DNA of 64,000 bases, taken from assembly GCA_963837955.1 (NCBI GenBank), contig CAWIPH010000002.1, forward strand, positions 288,001 through 352,000. The letters run 5' to 3'. This DNA comes from an uncultured Verrucomicrobiae bacterium (GTDB taxonomy: Bacteria > Verrucomicrobiota > Verrucomicrobiia > Chthoniobacterales > JAFAMB01). Made by a program: the position numbers and the translations under genes. The notes under the pieces are model-generated. The model searched no databases and was not told the DNA's origin. It saw only the letters and a list, made by a program, of their open reading frames with translations. This document shows positions 60,105 through 64,000 of the stretch, piece after piece. Position 1 is the first letter of the stretch. The number at the start of each line of letters is the position of its first letter.

Positions 60105-61769
60105 ATGAAAACTGACACCCGAACGATTCGATCTCCGCGTGGTCGGGAAATTTCCTGTCGCGGTTGGCAGCAGGAAGCCGCGCTGCGCTGCCTCATGAAT
60201 AATCTCGATCCCGAGGTCGCCGAAAAGCCGGAAGAGCTCATAGTTTATGGCGGTCGCGGGAAAGCGGCTCGTTCGTGGGAAGCTTTTCACCTGATTACGC
60301 GGGAGCTTCAGCGTTTGGAAAATGACCAAACCTTGCTCGTGCAATCCGGAAAGCCAGTCGCGGTTTTCGAGACGCACGAAGAGGCGCCCCGGGTGCTGAT
60401 TGCCAATTCCAATCTGGTAGGGGCTTGGTCGGATTGGGCAAATTTCGATAAACTGGAGCGAGCCGGGTTAACGATGTACGGACAAATGACCGCGGGAAGT
60501 TGGATCTATATTGGATCTCAAGGCATCGTTCAGGGAACTTTCGAGACCTTTGCGGCGGTTGCTGATCGCCATTTCTCCGGCGATCTGAGCGGACGTTTAG
60601 TGCTCACCTGCGGTCTTGGAGGAATGGGAGGTGCTCAACCATTGGCGATCACATTGAATGGCGCCGTCGCACTCTGTATTGAGGTTGATCCAACACATAT
60701 CGCTCGTCGGGTCCAAACCGGCTATTGCGATCGAATGACCCAAAATTTTGATGAAGCGATTGCTTGGTGCGAGGAAGCAGTTCGCTCTCAGAAACCACTT
60801 TCCGTGGGTCTGGTCGGCAACGCTGCCGAGCTAGTGCCGAAGATCACTGTCAGCGATCTGAGAATTGATGTCGTGACTGATCAAACCAGCGCGCATGATC
60901 CTCTGTTTGGCTATATTCCTGCGGGCCTCACGTTAGATGAAGCCGCTAATCTAAGAACCAAACGGCCAGAAGAATATCTCGAACGCGCCGGCCAGTCGAT
61001 GGCAGTTCATGTTGAAGCGATATTACAGCTGAAACGTCGCGGTGCCGTTGCCTTTGATTATGGGAATAACCTTCGGAAACGCGCCTTTGATGCTGGAGTA
61101 AAGGATGCTTTCGAAATTCCAGGTTTTGTTCCGGAATACATTCGACCTCTGTTTTGCCAAGGCAAAGGTCCCTTCCGATGGATCGCTCTCTCTGGAAATC
61201 CTGACGATATTCGAAAAACGGACGATCTTGCTCTGAGTCTTTTCCCGAAAGATCAAACGCTTAGCCGCTGGTTTGGACTGGCCCAAAAGAAGATTCAATT
61301 TCAAGGATTGCCGGCGCGGATTTGTTGGCTCGGGCAAGGAGATCGCGCGGAGATGGGAGTGCAGATGAATCACCTCGTGAAAAAAGGCGAGCTGGATGCG
61401 CCGGTGGCCATCGGGCGCGACCACCTGGATACCGGATCGGTGGCGTCACCTTATCGTGAAACCGAGGCGATGAAGGATGGGTCCGACGCTATTGCGGATT
61501 GGCCGATCTTGAACGCGCTGCTGAATACCGCGAGTGGAGCGAGCTGGGTCTCGGTGCACCACGGTGGCGGTGTGGGCATCGGATATTCTTTGCACGCCGG
61601 CCAAGTGAGCGTGGCGGACGGTTCGCAATTGGCAGAGCGCAGACTTCGACGGGTGCTAACCAACGATCCCGGAATTGGAGTCGCGCGGCATGTCGATGCC
61701 GGATACGAAGATGCCGTCCGAAGTGCTCGGGAGCACGATATCCGGATTCCCGGACTCGAACCGCAGTAG
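60105..61769 (+). CDS. hutU: Urocanate hydratase
   Basis: [39 protein letters not shown]. Confidence 0.98.
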   Translation: MKTDTRTIRSPRGREISCRGWQQEAALRCLMNNLDPEVAEKPEELIVYGGRGKAARSWEAFHLITRELQRLENDQTLLVQSGKPVAVFETHEEAPRVLIANSNLVGAWSDWANFDKLERAGLTMYGQMTAGSWIYIGSQGIVQGTFETFAAVADRHFSGDLSGRLVLTCGLGGMGGAQPLAITLNGAVALCIEVDPTHIARRVQTGYCDRMTQNFDEAIAWCEEAVRSQKPLSVGLVGNAAELVPKITVSDLRIDVVTDQTSAHDPLFGYIPAGLTLDEAANLRTKRPEEYLERAGQSMAVHVEAILQLKRRGAVAFDYGNNLRKRAFDAGVKDAFEIPGFVPEYIRPLFCQGKGPFRWIALSGNPDDIRKTDDLALSLFPKDQTLSRWFGLAQKKIQFQGLPARICWLGQGDRAEMGVQMNHLVKKGELDAPVAIGRDHLDTGSVASPYRETEAMKDGSDAIADWPILNALLNTASGASWVSVHHGGGVGIGYSLHAGQVSVADGSQLAERRLRRVLTNDPGIGVARHVDAGYEDAVRSAREHDIRIPGLEPQ

Positions 61770-61772
61770 ATT

Positions 61773-63020
61773 ATGAGAGAGACCCAGGAGTTCGCCGTCG
61801 CGAATTGTGGGCAATTACTCACGTTAGCCGGACCGGCCTCAGCTCGGCGAGGCGCAGCGATGCGCGACTTGGGAATTCTAAATGACGGCGCAATGTTGGT
61901 TCGAGATGGGCGCGTCGCGTTGACCGGAACTTGGAATGAGGTCCGAGCAGCCGCTGGCGCATCGAGTGAGGAGGTAGATGCGGGCGGGCGGCTGGTCACC
62001 CCCGGTTTCGTGGATGCACACACCCATCTGGTTTTTGGAGGGAATCGGGTTCAGGAATTTGAACGGCGGGCGGGTGGCGAATCGTATCAATCTATCGCGG
62101 CCGGGGGCGGTGGTATTTTGTCCACGGTACGCCAGACCAGAGCGGCCTCTGAAGGTGAATTGGAAGAAAGTGCGCGCCATAGGCTCCGCTGGGCGATTCG
62201 GAATGGGACAACGACCATGGAAATCAAGTCGGGTTACGGTCTTTCGCTGGTAGATGAGATCAAAATTCTGAGCGTGGCACGGCGTCTCAACGACGCGATC
62301 CGCGTTGTGCCTACGTTCCTGGGCGCGCACGAGATTCCGGAAGAGTTTCGGACGAATCGTTCTGGCTACGTTGATTTGGTCGTCAATGAGATGCTACCGG
62401 CCATCCGCCAACTGGCAGAGTACATGGATGTATTTTGCGAGTCGCATGTGTTTAGCCTGGATGAGACCGCTCAGATTGTCCGTGCAGCCCAGGCTCTTGG
62501 CCTGCCGGCGCGATTGCATGTCGATCAGCTCAAAGACTCAGGAGGCGCTGCTCTGGCTGCTTCGCTTGGCGCTGTGACAGCGGATCATCTCGAATGCACG
62601 AGTAGCTCGGGTATCGAAGCCTTGGTCCGAGCGAACGTCCAACCGGTGCTCCTCCCCGGTTCAGTGTATGCTCTTGGTTCCCATCGCTATCCATTGGCGC
62701 GAGAGATGATCGCCGCGGGCCTTCCGCTCGTGCTCGCCACCGATTTCAATCCGGGATCTTCTCCGACTCCTTCGATCCCGATGATCATTTCACTTGCTGT
62801 CACTCAGATGAAGTTGAGCGTCGCGGAAGCGGTCACCGCCGTAACGGTAAACGCTGCCTACAGCTTATCGCGTGGGCATTTGCTTGGCTCGCTCGAGCCG
62901 GGAAAAGCGGCAGACTTCGTTATCCACCAGTTCAACGATTACCGCGAGCTTGGGTATTATTTCGGCGTCGAGCCGGCCGAGCAGGTTTTTATGGGAGGCC
63001 GTCGCGTCTATGCTCGGTGA
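61773..63020 (+). CDS. hutI: Imidazolonepropionase
   Basis: PGFVDAHTH, EIKSGYGL, HVDQL, ADHLE, ATDFNPGSS. Confidence 0.96.
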   Translation: MRETQEFAVANCGQLLTLAGPASARRGAAMRDLGILNDGAMLVRDGRVALTGTWNEVRAAAGASSEEVDAGGRLVTPGFVDAHTHLVFGGNRVQEFERRAGGESYQSIAAGGGGILSTVRQTRAASEGELEESARHRLRWAIRNGTTTMEIKSGYGLSLVDEIKILSVARRLNDAIRVVPTFLGAHEIPEEFRTNRSGYVDLVVNEMLPAIRQLAEYMDVFCESHVFSLDETAQIVRAAQALGLPARLHVDQLKDSGGAALAASLGAVTADHLECTSSSGIEALVRANVQPVLLPGSVYALGSHRYPLAREMIAAGLPLVLATDFNPGSSPTPSIPMIISLAVTQMKLSVAEAVTAVTVNAAYSLSRGHLLGSLEPGKAADFVIHQFNDYRELGYYFGVEPAEQVFMGGRRVYAR

Positions 63021-64000
63021 GAAAGGCTGGTTGCCCGACTATCTCTATGTGGATGGGGAGATCGTTGCGGACTGCGCCCTCTTTTGTGATGAGCATGGAG
63101 TCATCGCGCGATTTTCTCGGGACCGATCGGATTTGCTTAAAGCCCATCGGCTCAAACGCCGTCTGGTAATCCCGGGATTGGTCAACGGTCATTCTCACAC
63201 CTTCCAGCGAGCGATTCGTGGACGAACTGAATTTCGCGGGACAGCCGAACCAGACACGTTCTGGACCTGGCGCGAAAAGATGTATTCAGCTGCTTGTAGG
63301 ATGAAGCCGGCCGAGATCTTCGAAACGGCTCGGATGGCTTTTTTGGAGATGGCTCTCTCCGGGATTACGGCCGTAGGAGAGTTTCATTACCTGCACCATC
63401 AAGCAGATGGGACTCCTTACCGGGATCGCAATCTGTTGGCGAAGCTGATTATCCAGGCCGCCCGCGAGGTCGGCATCCGCATTGCCCTGTTGCGGACCGC
63501 CTACAGTCGAGCTGGGTTTAAGAGGGCGCCGAACCCGGGACAGGCTCGGTTCATCACGCCTGAGCCGAAAGATTTCATTGAGGACACCGAAACGTTGTTC
63601 AGTTGGATCCAAGGAGAGCGTTTGGATGACTCGGTGACGGTCGGGGTCGCCCCGCATAGTTTGCGGGCGGTTCCACTCGAGCATGTGCGTTTAGTCGCGG
63701 AATACGCGAATGGGCGCGGACTTCCGCTACACATGCATATCGCGGAACAGCCTGCGGAAATCGAGCAGTGCCGCACCGAATATGGGCGATCACCAGTCGA
63801 GCTTCTTGGCGATGAAGGGATCTTGAACGAGCGATTCACCGCCATCCACGCTATTCACATCTCGGAAACCGAGGCGCGATCCCTTGCGCTGTCAAAAAGC
63901 TGTGTCTGCGCCTGCCCGACTTCGGAACGGAATTTAGCCGATGGAGCTGTGCCGGCCGATTGGCTGCTTCGAGAAGGTGGCCGGATTTCATTGGGCACCG
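63010..64000 (+). CDS. hutF: Formimidoylglutamate deiminase (3' end outside window)
   Basis: Manual translation from ATG 63010: PGLVNGHSHTFQRAIRG, DTFWTWREKMY, VGEFHYLHH, APHSLRAV, HMHIAEQ, CPTSERNLADG. Confidence 0.93.
   Translation, partial: MLGEKGWLPDYLYVDGEIVADCALFCDEHGVIARFSRDRSDLLKAHRLKRRLVIPGLVNGHSHTFQRAIRGRTEFRGTAEPDTFWTWREKMYSAACRMKPAEIFETARMAFLEMALSGITAVGEFHYLHHQADGTPYRDRNLLAKLIIQAAREVGIRIALLRTAYSRAGFKRAPNPGQARFITPEPKDFIEDTETLFSWIQGERLDDSVTVGVAPHSLRAVPLEHVRLVAEYANGRGLPLHMHIAEQPAEIEQCRTEYGRSPVELLGDEGILNERFTAIHAIHISETEARSLALSKSCVCACPTSERNLADGAVPADWLLREGGRISLGT

Overview
Gene-dense, mostly housekeeping bacterial chromosome segment. It is probably Verrucomicrobiota (Spartobacteria/Chthoniobacterales-like), inferred from RNase HIII, C-terminally extended L34 and Pro-rich lineage-type lipoproteins. 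It carries fabI, a glcD-like oxidase, a ketose 3-epimerase/xylulokinase pair, rnc, HU/IHF, rnhC/mutY, trpB, tyrA-aroA-cmk-plsC, rpmH-rnpA-yidD-yidC-jag, tyrS, sahR/metK-ahcY, a glycosyltransferase-GH1 pair, Rrf2-HtrA, a GH75 lipoprotein, a PRISE reductase-AraC cassette, an ECF sigma factor, hemL, ureDABCEFG, an orphan ParA with an unknown partner, and hutHUIF (cut by the window end). I saw no rRNA, tRNA, CRISPR array, integrase or transposase. The most notable observations are: (1) a release-factor homolog whose GGQ catalytic loop is deleted in frame; (2) a coupled ParA plus unrecognised partner with no ParB; (3) two REP/REPIN-like elements with shared architecture but different sequence; (4) readable candidate operators for SahR, Rrf2 and AraC; (5) an AUA codon at the expected start of the PRISE gene. 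All calls come from reading motifs by eye; no searches were run.
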